Under the pieces are notes generated by a model. It had not been told where the DNA came from. It did not search any database and saw nothing but the letters and a program-made list of their open reading frames with translations. A DNA stretch of 64,000 bases from an uncultured Granulicatella sp. (lineage in GTDB: Bacteria; Bacillota; Bacilli; Lactobacillales; Aerococcaceae): assembly GCF_938030755.1 (NCBI RefSeq), contig NZ_CALHIF010000039.1:28274-92273 (forward strand). The letters run 5' to 3'. Position 1 is the first letter of the stretch. The number at the start of each line of letters is the position of its first letter. Positions 28,524 to 38,671 of this stretch are shown piece after piece. A program made the position numbers and the translations under genes.

Positions 28524-28580
28524 GTGCTTTAGAAGAGAGGGATTACTGATGAAGATTTCTCTCTTTTAAAGCACTTTTTT
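28524..28580 (+). terminator. Strong rho-independent terminator after msrAB
   Basis: 16-bp stem GTGCTTTAGAAGAGAG (28524-28539) / CTCTCTTTTAAAGCAC (28559-28574), one G-U pair, plus T6. Confidence 0.8.
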
Positions 28581-28640
28581 AAGTGAAATGCACTCGAAAT
28601 CATTCGATGAAAGAGTATAATAGGAGCAGGAGGGGATTTT

Positions 28641-29387
28641 ATGTATTCAATCTTGATTGTAGAAGATGAACCGGTTATTCGAAAAGGGATTGCTTCTCTT
28701 GTTGATTTTGAAAGTTTGGGGATATCAAGCGTTCTAGAGGCCGAAAATGGGAAACAGGCGATAGCAATGATTCAAGAGCATACGCCTGATATTTTGCTGA
28801 CGGATATTAATATGCCAAAAATGGATGGAATTACTTTGGCTCAATTAGCAAGATCTGAATTTCCACAATTAAGAATTATCTTTTTAACAGGATATGATTA
28901 TGTGGATTACTTGCTATCAGCAGTCAAATTAGGGGTCGATGATTATATTCTAAAGCCTGTTACAAAAACAGAAATTGAATCCATGCTTATAAAAGTTGTC
29001 TCAAAATTGAATGAAGAAGAAAAACAAAGAAGACTATTAGAATTAGCCAGTAAGAATACCAGTCAATCTGAATCTATTCATTTTGAGAAATTGATTTTAG
29101 AGCAATTATCTAATCCGGAATTATCTCTAGTAGAACTGGCAAAACAATTAGGATTTAGTTCGAATTATTTAAGTATGCTTATAAAGAAGGAACTTGGTAA
29201 GTCTTTCCAAGAATATGTAACAGAGAAGCGCATTCAAATGGCGAAAAGACTTTTATTATCTACCGATATGAAAATATATGAGATAGCAGAAGCCGTAGGG
29301 ATTGAAGATATGAATTATTTTTCCTACCGATTCAAATCAATAGTGGGAGTTACTCCAAAAAAATTTAGAAACGGAGCTAATGTATGA
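28641..29387 (+). CDS. Response regulator, REC domain + AraC-type HTH output (YesN-like)
   Basis: The receiver has the acidic pocket IVEDEP and DILLTDINMPKMDG. The C-terminus has an AraC HTH (SNYLSMLIKKELGKSFQEYV...EDMNYFSYRFK). Confidence 0.9.
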   Translation: MYSILIVEDEPVIRKGIASLVDFESLGISSVLEAENGKQAIAMIQEHTPDILLTDINMPKMDGITLAQLARSEFPQLRIIFLTGYDYVDYLLSAVKLGVDDYILKPVTKTEIESMLIKVVSKLNEEEKQRRLLELASKNTSQSESIHFEKLILEQLSNPELSLVELAKQLGFSSNYLSMLIKKELGKSFQEYVTEKRIQMAKRLLLSTDMKIYEIAEAVGIEDMNYFSYRFKSIVGVTPKKFRNGANV

Positions 29388-31075
29388 GAAACAAGTCTTT
29401 AGCAACACGTTTATTTGGATATCTGAGTTTAATGCTATGTGTACTTGTAGTCATCATTGGTAGCTTCTATTGGGTTCAAAGTAGTGAACTGTTTCATAGA
29501 GAAGTGGAAGAGCATACGATTCATGAGATAGATACGAGTGCAAAATATATTGAGCAATATGTTAGTAATTTAAAATCAACCTCAATAGCATTGGCCCAAT
29601 CAAAAGAAATTCAAACCTATGCCCAAAACGACCATGCAAACAACAAGGATGCAATTCATCAGTTGTTTGATACTATTTTAAAGAGTCATCCAGAATTTAG
29701 AGCCATCCTATTTGTGACAAAGGATGGTAGAATTTTAAAGACTGGCATGGACGAAGAGATGGTAACATCTACAAACATGATGGCGCAAGAATGGTATAAA
29801 GAAGCTATCCTAAAATCAAACACGCCTACTATCAAATCGACGAAGAATAATAGTAATCAAGTGGTTATTTCTATTAGTCAGGAAATAAAAGGAGAAGATG
29901 GACAACATCTTGGTGTGATTCGTTTAGATGTAGATTATCAAGAATTAGAAAAGTATGTTAAAGAACTTTCTTTAGGAACAAATGGATATGCTTTTGTCAT
30001 TGAAAAAGATGGCACGATTATTTATCATCCGGATTCTGAAGTGTTCGAGTCGGTAGAAAAACAAATGTCCGTTCAAGATATCTCCAATAGTCCGATGGAT
30101 TCGATGGTCTCTGAAGATTACTTCGTTCATAAGAGTACCATTGGAAACGGTGATTGGGTCTTAGTTGGGGTAAGCTCGTTTAGTAGTTTTAAAGAGACGT
30201 CGTTCAAATTGCTTGCGATTGTGAGTGCTGTTGGGATTGTTAGTTTAATGATTTGTATGTTTGGAATTTATGCTCTGATGCGTTATCAACTGCTTCCTGT
30301 AAAACAATTAGGCCAGGTCATGAAGAAAGTTGAAGAGGGAGACACTACGATTCGAGCACAGGAGAACGGAGCGCAAGAATTCCAAGTGTTGGCTGCTAGT
30401 TTCAATCAAATGTTAGAGAAAATTGAAAAACTCATGCAGGATGAAAAAGAACAAGAAGCACTAACCAGAGTTTATGAATTAAAGGCATTAACGAGTCAAA
30501 TTAATCCGCATTTTCTATATAATACTCTGGAGACTATTATTTGGATGGCTGAATTTCAAGACCATAAAAAAGTAGTAGAAATTACAAAAGCACTCTCTAA
30601 TTGTTTTAGACTTTCGCTGAATGCGGGAAATGAATTAGTAACATTACAACAAGAAATAGAGCATGTACGACAATATTTATTTATTCAAAAGGAAAGATAT
30701 GGCGATAAGTTAAATTATCGAATCGATTTTTCAGAAGAAATTCCTTCGATTATGATTCCAAAAATTGTTATTCAACCTCTCGTAGAAAATGCAATCTATC
30801 ATGGAATTAAAGAAATCGATAGACCAGGGCAAATTGATATTACACTTCTAAAGATTGATGAATGGATTGAAATTTGCATTGCCGATAATGGAGTAGGAAT
30901 GACTGGAGAAGCCACTTCAACGAAACAACTTGGTGGTATTGGAATCAAAAATGTTACTGAACGTTTGAAATTATTTTTTGGGGAAGCATTTACGATGACG
31001 ATTGACTCAAAATCAAATGAGTATACAAAAGTCTATTTACGCATTCCGATAAAAAGGCAACAAGACTTGCAATAG
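29384..31075 (+). CDS. Sensor histidine kinase (extracellular Cache-like domain, HAMP, His_kinase/HATPase; YesM-like)
   Basis: Two TM helices flank a ~260-aa extracytoplasmic domain. A HAMP domain follows, then NPHFLYNTL (PF06580-type phospho-acceptor) and ADNGVGM / GGIGIKN ATPase boxes. ATGA overlap with the regulator gene. Confidence 0.9.
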   Translation: MRNKSLATRLFGYLSLMLCVLVVIIGSFYWVQSSELFHREVEEHTIHEIDTSAKYIEQYVSNLKSTSIALAQSKEIQTYAQNDHANNKDAIHQLFDTILKSHPEFRAILFVTKDGRILKTGMDEEMVTSTNMMAQEWYKEAILKSNTPTIKSTKNNSNQVVISISQEIKGEDGQHLGVIRLDVDYQELEKYVKELSLGTNGYAFVIEKDGTIIYHPDSEVFESVEKQMSVQDISNSPMDSMVSEDYFVHKSTIGNGDWVLVGVSSFSSFKETSFKLLAIVSAVGIVSLMICMFGIYALMRYQLLPVKQLGQVMKKVEEGDTTIRAQENGAQEFQVLAASFNQMLEKIEKLMQDEKEQEALTRVYELKALTSQINPHFLYNTLETIIWMAEFQDHKKVVEITKALSNCFRLSLNAGNELVTLQQEIEHVRQYLFIQKERYGDKLNYRIDFSEEIPSIMIPKIVIQPLVENAIYHGIKEIDRPGQIDITLLKIDEWIEICIADNGVGMTGEATSTKQLGGIGIKNVTERLKLFFGEAFTMTIDSKSNEYTKVYLRIPIKRQQDLQ

Positions 31076-31104
31076 TTGACAAAACAAGGCTCTTTTCGTA
31101 TACT
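31076..31104 (+). promoter_or_regulatory. SigA-type promoter of the alaS T-box leader
   Basis: TTGACA (31076-31081), 17 nt spacer, TATACT (31099-31104). Confidence 0.65.
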
Positions 31105-31109
31105 TCTAA

Positions 31110-31318
31110 AGGTAAGCAATCGGATTGAGATTTTACATAGTAGAGAGGCTTGTCTGGTGAAAATAGCCATCAAAATCGTGCTCCCGATTGAAAATTTTGT
31201 AGAAATACAAACGTCCTTCCAGCGTTAACGGAATTAGAGATGAATGAACAGCTGTTTCATTGTAAGCAAGGTGGTACCGCGGTAGGACGCCCTTGCAGCA
31301 ATGGGGCAGTTTTTTTAT
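31110..31318 (+). promoter_or_regulatory. T-box leader (tRNA-Ala-sensing) of alaS
   Basis: Stem I elements AGAGA and GGTGAAA are present. A GCT triplet sits in the 3' side of the stem I internal loop (CGTGCTCCCGATTG). The canonical T-box sequence AAGGTGGTACCGCG lies at 31268-31281, followed by a short GC stem and T8. Confidence 0.85.
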
Positions 31319-31341
31319 TTACAAAAAGAAGGAGAATGAAG

Positions 31342-33984
31342 ATGAAAAAATTATCAAGTAGCGAAATTCGTCAAATGTACCTTGATTTCTTCCAAGAAAA
31401 AGGACATAAGGTGCATCCAAGTGCAAGCTTAATTCCTGTCAATGATCCAACATTATTATGGATTAACTCAGGGGTTGCCACGCTTAAAAAATACTTCGAT
31501 GGAACTGAAACACCAGAAGTTCCACGTATCACAAATGCTCAAAAGAGTATTCGTACAAACGATATCGAAAACGTAGGGCACACAGCTCGTCACCATACAT
31601 TATTCGAAATGATGGGGAACTTCTCAATCGGGGACTACTTCAAAGAAGAAGTGATTCCATGGGCATGGGAATTTTTAACAAGTGAAAAATGGTTAGGACT
31701 TGATCCAGACCGCCTATACGTAACTTATTATCCAAAAGATCCAGAAACAAAAGCGTTATGGATGGATAAAGTAGGTCTTCCAGAAGATCATATCATTCCA
31801 GTGGAAGATAATTTCTGGGATATCGGTGCAGGTCCATGTGGTCCTGATACTGAGATTTTCTACGACCGTGGAGAAAAATATAATAACTTAGCAGAAGATG
31901 ATCCAGAAAACTATCCTGGTGGAGAAAATGAACGTTACTTAGAAATTTGGAACTTAGTATTCTCTCAATTCAACCATATGCCAGACGGAACGTATCCACC
32001 ATTACCACATAAGAACGTCGATACGGGGATGGGTCTAGAACGTGTGGTATCAGTAATTCAAGATACACCAACAAACTTTGAAACAGACTTATTTATGCCA
32101 ATTATTAAGCAATTAGAAGGCTTAAGTGCAGGTAAGAAATACAATGACTCTAAAGAGTTAGATGTTTCATTTAAAGTTATTGCTGACCACATTCGTGCGG
32201 TAAGCTTTGCAATTGGAGACGGCGCGCTTCCTTCAAACGAAGGTCGTGGATATATCATCCGTCGTTTAATCCGTCGTTCTGTAATGCATGGACAACGTTT
32301 AGGGATTCAAGGTTCATTCTTAACCAAATTAGTTCCAACAGTCGCACAAATTATGCATAGCTACTATCCAGAAGTGACTGAAAACATGGAATTCATCCAA
32401 AAAGTGATTGCAAACGAAGAGGGTCGTTTCCAAGAAACCATTCACGATGGTTTAGCCATCTTAGAAAGTATTTTTGCAGACATGAAATCTTCAAACGAAA
32501 CGACACTTTCTGGCGAAAATGCGTTCAAACTATACGATACTTATGGATTCCCATATGAATTAACATTAGAATACGCTAGCGATAATGGTTTCACAGTCGA
32601 TGAAGAAGGTTTCCAAGCAGAAATGCAAGCTCAAAAAGATCGTGCACGTGCTGCTCGTAATACAGAAACATCAATGAATGTTCAATCTGCAGTATTACGT
32701 GATATCACTGTAGAGAGCAAATTTGTTGGATATGCTTCAACAACAGAAGAAGGCGTGTTAAAAGCCATCGTTGTCGATGATGAATTAGTAGAATCTGCGC
32801 ATAAAGATGCACATGCTCAATTGGTATTCGATCGTACACCTTTCTATGCTGAAATGGGTGGACAATTAGCAGATCACGGTACCATTCAAGATGCCAGCGG
32901 TACAGTTGTAGCCAATGTATTACAAGTGAAGAAAGCTCCTAATGGACAACCATTACACACAGTAGAAGTGATAGGAGACTTACAAGTAAACTCAACTTAT
33001 ACATTAGTGGTTGATGCGGATGAACGTGCAAAAATCATCAAGAACCATACAGCAACTCACTTATTACATCAAGCATTGAAAGATGTTCTAGGAACACATG
33101 CAAACCAAGCTGGTTCTCTTGTAACACCAACTGGATTACGTTTCGACTTCAGTCACTTTGGTCAAGTAACTTCTGAAGAATTAGCTGAAATGGAACGTAT
33201 CGTAAACGAAAAAATCTGGGCTGGTTTAGAAGTAGTGACTGTTGAAACAACACTTGAAGATGCGAAGAGCCGTGGGGCAATGGCACTTTTTGGCGAAAAA
33301 TACGGCAACTTAGTTCGTATGGTCAACATTGGTGACTGGTCAATCGAACTTTGTGGTGGTATCCATGTTGGTAATACTCAAGAAATCGGATTATTCAAGA
33401 TTGTTTCTGAATCAGGTATCGGTGCTGGTGTTCGTCGTATCGAAGCTGTCACAAGTAAGGAAGCATTTGACTTATTAAGCCATCACGAAAGCTTACTAAG
33501 ACAAGTAGCGGGTGAAGTAAAAGCTGTTCAATTGGATTCCGTTGTAGATCGCGTTGCAACTTTGGGCCAAGAATTGAAGGAAGCAAATGCAGAAATTGCA
33601 AAACTAAAAGCTAAAATCATGAAATCTGAAGTAGCAGATGTCTTCAATAACGTAGAAGAAGTGAACGGAACTTCATTCATTACCGTTTCTCTAGAAAATA
33701 AAGAGATGGATGAATTACGTCAATTAGCAGATACATGGAGACAAAAAGGTGCTAGCGATATCTTCGTAGTTGGTACTGCTTCTGCGGATAAAGCGAATCT
33801 CTTAGTAGCGGTATCGAAAGAGGCCAATGCGAAAGGATTAAAAGCAGGCGATATCATTAAGGCGATTGCTCCAGCTATCCAAGGTGGAGGCGGAGGCCGT
33901 CCTGATATGGCTCAAGCAGGTGGTAAGAACCCTGCAGGTATTCCACAAGCATTCGAATTGCTTAAAGAATATTTAGCTAAATAA
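31342..33984 (+). CDS. alaS: Alanine--tRNA ligase
   Basis: HHTLFEMMGNFSIGDYFK and other canonical AlaRS blocks, with a C-terminal DHHA1 GGGG motif. ATG 31342 lies 7 nt after GGAG. The track ORF start at 31240 runs through the T-box leader. Confidence 0.97.
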   Translation: MKKLSSSEIRQMYLDFFQEKGHKVHPSASLIPVNDPTLLWINSGVATLKKYFDGTETPEVPRITNAQKSIRTNDIENVGHTARHHTLFEMMGNFSIGDYFKEEVIPWAWEFLTSEKWLGLDPDRLYVTYYPKDPETKALWMDKVGLPEDHIIPVEDNFWDIGAGPCGPDTEIFYDRGEKYNNLAEDDPENYPGGENERYLEIWNLVFSQFNHMPDGTYPPLPHKNVDTGMGLERVVSVIQDTPTNFETDLFMPIIKQLEGLSAGKKYNDSKELDVSFKVIADHIRAVSFAIGDGALPSNEGRGYIIRRLIRRSVMHGQRLGIQGSFLTKLVPTVAQIMHSYYPEVTENMEFIQKVIANEEGRFQETIHDGLAILESIFADMKSSNETTLSGENAFKLYDTYGFPYELTLEYASDNGFTVDEEGFQAEMQAQKDRARAARNTETSMNVQSAVLRDITVESKFVGYASTTEEGVLKAIVVDDELVESAHKDAHAQLVFDRTPFYAEMGGQLADHGTIQDASGTVVANVLQVKKAPNGQPLHTVEVIGDLQVNSTYTLVVDADERAKIIKNHTATHLLHQALKDVLGTHANQAGSLVTPTGLRFDFSHFGQVTSEELAEMERIVNEKIWAGLEVVTVETTLEDAKSRGAMALFGEKYGNLVRMVNIGDWSIELCGGIHVGNTQEIGLFKIVSESGIGAGVRRIEAVTSKEAFDLLSHHESLLRQVAGEVKAVQLDSVVDRVATLGQELKEANAEIAKLKAKIMKSEVADVFNNVEEVNGTSFITVSLENKEMDELRQLADTWRQKGASDIFVVGTASADKANLLVAVSKEANAKGLKAGDIIKAIAPAIQGGGGGRPDMAQAGGKNPAGIPQAFELLKEYLAK

Positions 33985-33997
33985 GACCAAAATTTGG

Positions 33998-34041
33998 AAA
34001 CCTTCCTTAAGCTTATGAATGAGTTTTAAGGAAGGTTTTTA
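33998..34041 (+). terminator. Rho-independent terminator of alaS
   Basis: 13-bp perfect stem AAACCTTCCTTAA / TTAAGGAAGGTTT plus a T-run. Confidence 0.8.
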
Positions 34042-34152
34042 TTGTGAAAGCAAAGGAAAGGCTTTCTAAAAGTTTAAGAATCGGTAAGTATCGATTGTAG
34101 TTTTGCTGAAAATCTTGTAATATAAGTATATATATTGAAATGAGGTGTCAGT

Positions 34153-34419
34153 ATGAGTTCAATAGATGAAACAGTCCTATTTAAGTTTAATGAAAAGGAT
34201 GAAAAAAGCGTTCAAGAAACTTTAACTATCGTGTATGATGCGTTGAATGAAAAAGGATATAGTTCAATTAATCAAATTGTAGGATATTTATTGTCTGGGG
34301 ATCCAGCGTATATTCCTAGACATAAAGATGCGCGTAATTTAATCCGTCGTCACGAAAGAGATGAGATTTTGGAAGAACTCATTAGACATTATATTCGTTC
34401 TACAGGAAGAGATGCCTAA
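34153..34419 (+). CDS. ireB: IreB-family regulatory phosphoprotein (UPF0297/YrzL)
   Basis: 88 aa with ...[51 protein letters not shown]..., typical of DUF965. Position after alaS as in B. subtilis yrzL. Confidence 0.88.
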   Translation: MSSIDETVLFKFNEKDEKSVQETLTIVYDALNEKGYSSINQIVGYLLSGDPAYIPRHKDARNLIRRHERDEILEELIRHYIRSTGRDA

Positions 34420-34420
34420 T

Positions 34421-34846
34421 ATGAGATTGATGGGCTTAGATGTCGGAAGTAAAACTGTGGGAGTCGCCGTTAGTGATTTAATGGGATGGACTGCTCAAGG
34501 AGTTGAAACGATTCCGATAAATGAAAATGCTTCTGAATTTGGCTTTAAACGTGTAGTTCAATTGGTAGAAGAATACGGTGTTGAGAAAATTGTGATAGGT
34601 CTACCAAAAAATATGAATAACACGGAAGGTCCAAGAGTAGAGGCTTCTCGACGATATGGAGCAAGTCTAGAAAAAAGACTCCAAATTCCCATTATTTTTC
34701 ATGATGAGCGCCTTACTACGATGCAAGCTGAAAGAATGCTTGTAGAAGAAGGAAATGTTTCAAGAAAAAAAAGAAAGCAAGTCATTGATATGCTCGCTGC
34801 AGTCATGATTTTACAAAACTATTTAGATTTAAATGGAAATCAATAA
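34421..34846 (+). CDS. ruvX: Holliday-junction resolvase-like nuclease RuvX/YrrK
   Basis: [20 protein letters not shown]-terminus typical of the YqgF/RuvX family. ATG 34421 is preferred over the track start at 34361, which overlaps ireB. Confidence 0.9.
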   Translation: MRLMGLDVGSKTVGVAVSDLMGWTAQGVETIPINENASEFGFKRVVQLVEEYGVEKIVIGLPKNMNNTEGPRVEASRRYGASLEKRLQIPIIFHDERLTTMQAERMLVEEGNVSRKKRKQVIDMLAAVMILQNYLDLNGNQ

Positions 34847-34863
34847 AAGAAAGAGGAAAGAAA

Positions 34864-35193
34864 ATGACAGAACATTCACATCACGAACACGATCATGAAC
34901 ATGATCACTTAGAAGGACACGAAGGTCACGAACATATTACAATCGTTGACGAAGAAGGAAACGAAATTTTACACGAAGTATTATTTACTTTTGAATCAGA
35001 AGATTACAATAAATCATATGTTTTATGCTATCCAGCAGGAATTCCTGAAGGTGAAGAAGTAGAATTACAGGCTTTCTCATATGTAGAAGCTGAAGATGGT
35101 ACTGAAGGTCAATTAAACCCAATCGAAACAGAAGCTGAATGGGATATGATTGAAGAAGTATTAAACACATTCTTAGCAGAAGAAGATTTATAA
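34864..35193 (+). CDS. DUF1292 (UPF0473/YrzB) acidic small protein
   Basis: His/Glu-rich N-terminus then [30 protein letters not shown], the DUF1292 pattern. Conserved position after ruvX. Confidence 0.85.
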   Translation: MTEHSHHEHDHEHDHLEGHEGHEHITIVDEEGNEILHEVLFTFESEDYNKSYVLCYPAGIPEGEEVELQAFSYVEAEDGTEGQLNPIETEAEWDMIEEVLNTFLAEEDL

Positions 35194-35196
35194 TCC

Positions 35197-35232
35197 AAAA
35201 AGACCAAGGGTTGCCTTGGTCTTTTGTTTTTT
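35197..35232 (+). terminator. Rho-independent terminator
   Basis: 12-bp stem AAAAGACCAAGG / CCTTGGTCTTTT plus a T-run. Confidence 0.8.
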
Positions 35233-35372
35233 AGAATATAAACTAGCTTAAAATATTGTTATATGAAGGTTCTAACTCCCTTTTCTAATTGAGTTTCTTC
35301 ATTTTTTTATAATAATAGGGTATAATAACTACAACTATGGTTACCTTATGTGACTATCTTAGGAGGAAAACA

Positions 35373-36515
35373 ATGTCTCAAAATGAACATAAAAAGCATT
35401 CCTTAATTTCCGAGACGGATTCTAAAAGAGATATCCGAAAGAAGGAAACGTCTATTATTAAAAAGATTATGAAGTATTTCATGATTGCACTTCTAGCAAT
35501 TGTTCTAATTGGAGGAATCTTTACTTGGAACTACATTAATGGTGAAGTAAAACCTGTAGATAGCGAACAAACAGAATTGGTTGAATTTGAAATTAATCAA
35601 GGGGAATCTGTTAAAGATGTTGCGAATCATTTGAAGGAAAAAGAGTTTATTCGTAATTCAAAATTTTTCACGTTCTATTTAAAATTTAAAAATGTCGCAG
35701 GATTTAAGGCAGGAGCTTATCAAGTTTCAAAAAGCATGACTTTAGATGAAATTATTGAAGAGCTTTCGGGTAAAGGAAAAGAGAAAAACTTGAACGCAAC
35801 GAAGGTTGTGATCCGAGAAGGAGAGCAGCTGAGTGATATTTCTAAAGAAGTTGCTAAATCAACGAAATACTCAGCTGAAGATTTTATGGCTAAAGTTCAG
35901 GATAGTAGTTTTATTGAATTGTTAGTTCAAAAGTATCCTAAATTATTAACTCAGTCATACAATTCATATAATGTGAAGTATGTTCTAGAAGGATTTCTTT
36001 TCCCAGCAACTTATGATATGAACGATAATAAAACACTTCAAATGTTAATTACTGAAATGGTGGCTAAAACAGATGAAGTTTTATCAAAATACTACTCCCA
36101 AATTGAAGCGAGTCCTTATACTTTACAACAAATTATGGCTTTAGCTTCTTTAATCGAAAAAGAAGGGGTTAAACTTGAGGATCGTAAGAAGATCGCTAGT
36201 GTCTTCTATAATCGTCTTGAAAAAGGCATGATGCTTCAAACAGACGTTGCTGTGCAATATGCTTTAGGAGAACATAAAGAAGCTCTATCATTGAAAGATT
36301 TAGAAGTTGATTCTCCATATAACTTATACCAAAATTATGGTGTAGGCCCAGGACCTTATAATAGTCCAAGTGAGGATTCTATTGTAGCCGCATTAGAACC
36401 TGAAAAAACGGATTATTTATACTTTGTAGCGGATATTCATACGAAAGAAATTTATTTTGCGAAAACGTATGAAGAACATTTAGAATTAAAAGCTAAATAT
36501 GTGGATAAGGAGTAA
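35373..36515 (+). CDS. mltG: Endolytic murein transglycosylase MltG (YceG family)
   Basis: N-terminal TM anchor, a LysM-like segment, and the YceG catalytic region ...ASLIEKEG.... ATG 35373 follows AGGAGGA. Confidence 0.88.
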   Translation: MSQNEHKKHSLISETDSKRDIRKKETSIIKKIMKYFMIALLAIVLIGGIFTWNYINGEVKPVDSEQTELVEFEINQGESVKDVANHLKEKEFIRNSKFFTFYLKFKNVAGFKAGAYQVSKSMTLDEIIEELSGKGKEKNLNATKVVIREGEQLSDISKEVAKSTKYSAEDFMAKVQDSSFIELLVQKYPKLLTQSYNSYNVKYVLEGFLFPATYDMNDNKTLQMLITEMVAKTDEVLSKYYSQIEASPYTLQQIMALASLIEKEGVKLEDRKKIASVFYNRLEKGMMLQTDVAVQYALGEHKEALSLKDLEVDSPYNLYQNYGVGPGPYNSPSEDSIVAALEPEKTDYLYFVADIHTKEIYFAKTYEEHLELKAKYVDKE

Positions 36516-36519
36516 GGTC

Positions 36520-37152
36520 ATGGAAAAGAGAAAGCCAATTGTTATCGGAGTTACTGGTGGCTCAGGAAGTGGGAAAACAAGTGTTAGCCGAAAAATTTTG
36601 GAGAATTTCCCGGAATTAACGATCGTAAAAATTGATCAAGATTACTATTATAAAGATCAAAGCCATATGCCGTTTGAAGAACGTTTAAAAACAAACTATG
36701 ATCACCCATTTGCTTTTGATACAGATTTATTAATTGAACATATGAATAAATTAATCAATTTTGAATCGATTGAAGAACCCGTATATGATTACGAAAATCA
36801 CACAAGAAGTGATAAAACAATTCATCAAGAACCAAAAGATGTCATTCTCATTGAAGGGATCCTTATTCTTGAAGATAAACGTTTACGTGATTTGATGGAT
36901 ATCAAAGTATATGTAGATACAGATGATGATATTCGAATTATTCGACGCATTAAACGGGACATGGTGGAACGTGGTAGAACACTTGATTCAATCATTCATC
37001 AGTACATGTCTGTTGTAAAACCAATGCATCATCAATTTATTGAACCTACTAAAAAATTCGCAGACATCATTATTCCTGAGGGTGGATCGAATACAGTTGC
37101 AATTGACTTAATGACTACAAAAATAGCTTCTATTTTAAGAGAATTATCTTAA
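36520..37152 (+). CDS. udk: Uridine kinase
   Basis: P-loop [12 protein letters not shown] and conserved Udk blocks. ATG 36520 follows AAGGAG. Confidence 0.93.
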   Translation: MEKRKPIVIGVTGGSGSGKTSVSRKILENFPELTIVKIDQDYYYKDQSHMPFEERLKTNYDHPFAFDTDLLIEHMNKLINFESIEEPVYDYENHTRSDKTIHQEPKDVILIEGILILEDKRLRDLMDIKVYVDTDDDIRIIRRIKRDMVERGRTLDSIIHQYMSVVKPMHHQFIEPTKKFADIIIPEGGSNTVAIDLMTTKIASILRELS

Positions 37153-37157
37153 TTTCT

Positions 37158-37190
37158 GGACCTTTGAACTTGTTTCAAAGGTCTTTTTTA
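37158..37190 (+). terminator. Rho-independent terminator of udk
   Basis: 10-bp stem GACCTTTGAA / TTCAAAGGTC plus T6. Confidence 0.8.
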
Positions 37191-37323
37191 TACAAAAAAT
37201 TCACTGAAATTTCTTAAAATCATATAAAAATAATGAATAGGGCTTGCAATCTTCACTATAAAATGTTAAAGTTTTAGCATTGTAGATTGAGATAATCTAA
37301 AAAACAATATAGGGGAGAGTCGT

Positions 37324-37803
37324 ATGACTGAAAAAGTATTTCCAATGACGCTTGAAGGAAAAGCAAAACTTGAGGCCGAATTAGAAGAATTAAAAGTCGT
37401 TAAACGTAAAGAAATTGTAGAGCGAATTAAAATTGCTCGTAGTTACGGTGACTTATCAGAAAACTCTGAATATGAATCAGCTAAAGATGAACAAGCTTTT
37501 GTTGAAGGTCGTATTTCAACATTAGAAAAAATGATTCGTTTTGCTGAAATAATTGACGATAACAATGTTGAAAAAGATATTGTATCATTAGGTAGAAAAG
37601 TTACGTTTATCGAATTACCAGATGGAGATGAAGAAACTTATACAATTGTTGGTAGTGCAGAAGCAAATCCAATTGAAGGTAAGATTTCAAATGATTCTCC
37701 AATTGCCAAAGGGATTATTGGTAAAAAATTAAATGAAGAGGTAGTGATTCCAACTCCAGGTGGAGAAATGAAGATCAGAATTATTGATATTCAATCTGCT
37801 TAA
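37324..37803 (+). CDS. greA: Transcription elongation factor GreA
   Basis: [19 protein letters not shown] coiled-coil N-terminus and a GreA C-terminal domain. Confidence 0.95.
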   Translation: MTEKVFPMTLEGKAKLEAELEELKVVKRKEIVERIKIARSYGDLSENSEYESAKDEQAFVEGRISTLEKMIRFAEIIDDNNVEKDIVSLGRKVTFIELPDGDEETYTIVGSAEANPIEGKISNDSPIAKGIIGKKLNEEVVIPTPGGEMKIRIIDIQSA

Positions 37804-37811
37804 TTCATATT

Positions 37812-37841
37812 AAAAAGCTAGGAGACTTCCTAGCTTTTTTT
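37812..37841 (+). terminator. Rho-independent terminator of greA
   Basis: Stem AGCTAGGA / TCCTAGCT with A/T extension plus T7. Confidence 0.8.
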
Positions 37842-37936
37842 GTATATCATTCTTTAGACTGATGGTCTTGAAATTATTTCGTGATAGGATTGTAAGTGAG
37901 AAGATGATATACTAATACCTATATGGAGGTGAGAAG

Positions 37937-38671
37937 ATGAAAAATATTAAAAAGATGCTCATTGTATTGTTACTAGGGACAATGATTTCAGCCATTGAAA
38001 TTACTACAAGAATGGGTTTATTTATCATCTTTGCACTTGGAGTTGCTACTATCGTAAGTAGTTTAGTTCTTTTTAGACGTGTTAAATTTATGAGAAATTT
38101 AGGCTTATGTTTTGGTGGTTTATTTATGGTATTGCCTTTATTGTCTACGGCTGGGATTTGGTTAGGCATGATAGGGGCATTACTCATTCTATTACTTAGT
38201 CAGGATAGTTCATCTTTTTCTACGATAACGACTATTTTTCAAAGAAAAAATCAGCAAGAATATATTTTCGTGAATTCTAGAGAGGAAGAGATTGATTCAG
38301 AGAAAATTAAACGTTTCGATTGGATAGGATCTCAAATCATTGGAAATGAACCTTATGAATGGAACGATATTAACGCTGGACAATTAGTTGGAGATACCAT
38401 TATTGATTTAGGAAATACGATTCTTCCGGCAAAGGAAAATGTAATTGTAATACGAAAAGGACTTGGACGAGTTCGAATTTTGGTTCCGTATGGAGTCGGT
38501 GTCATGATTCACCATCATAGTTTCGCTGGAGAATTAGAGTTTGAAAAGCAAACTTATACCCTAAGCAATGAGTCGATCCAACTATACAGTAAAGATTATC
38601 AAAGAACGAGTAAGCGAATTAAAATCTATACGACAATTGTAGCTGGAAAAATTGAGGTGATTGAAGCATGA
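37937..38671 (+). CDS. liaF: LiaF-like cell-envelope stress sensor accessory membrane protein
   Basis: Four N-terminal TM helices and a beta-rich C-terminal domain. Lies immediately upstream of, and overlapping, a LiaS-type kinase gene. Confidence 0.8.
   Translation: MKNIKKMLIVLLLGTMISAIEITTRMGLFIIFALGVATIVSSLVLFRRVKFMRNLGLCFGGLFMVLPLLSTAGIWLGMIGALLILLLSQDSSSFSTITTIFQRKNQQEYIFVNSREEEIDSEKIKRFDWIGSQIIGNEPYEWNDINAGQLVGDTIIDLGNTILPAKENVIVIRKGLGRVRILVPYGVGVMIHHHSFAGELEFEKQTYTLSNESIQLYSKDYQRTSKRIKIYTTIVAGKIEVIEA

Noticed and set aside
31240-31341. 34-codon N-terminal extension of the alaS ORF in the track
   Set aside because: The extension is the 3' half of the T-box leader (it contains GGTGGTACCGCG and the U-run). 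The proper RBS-ATG pair is at 31331-31344.
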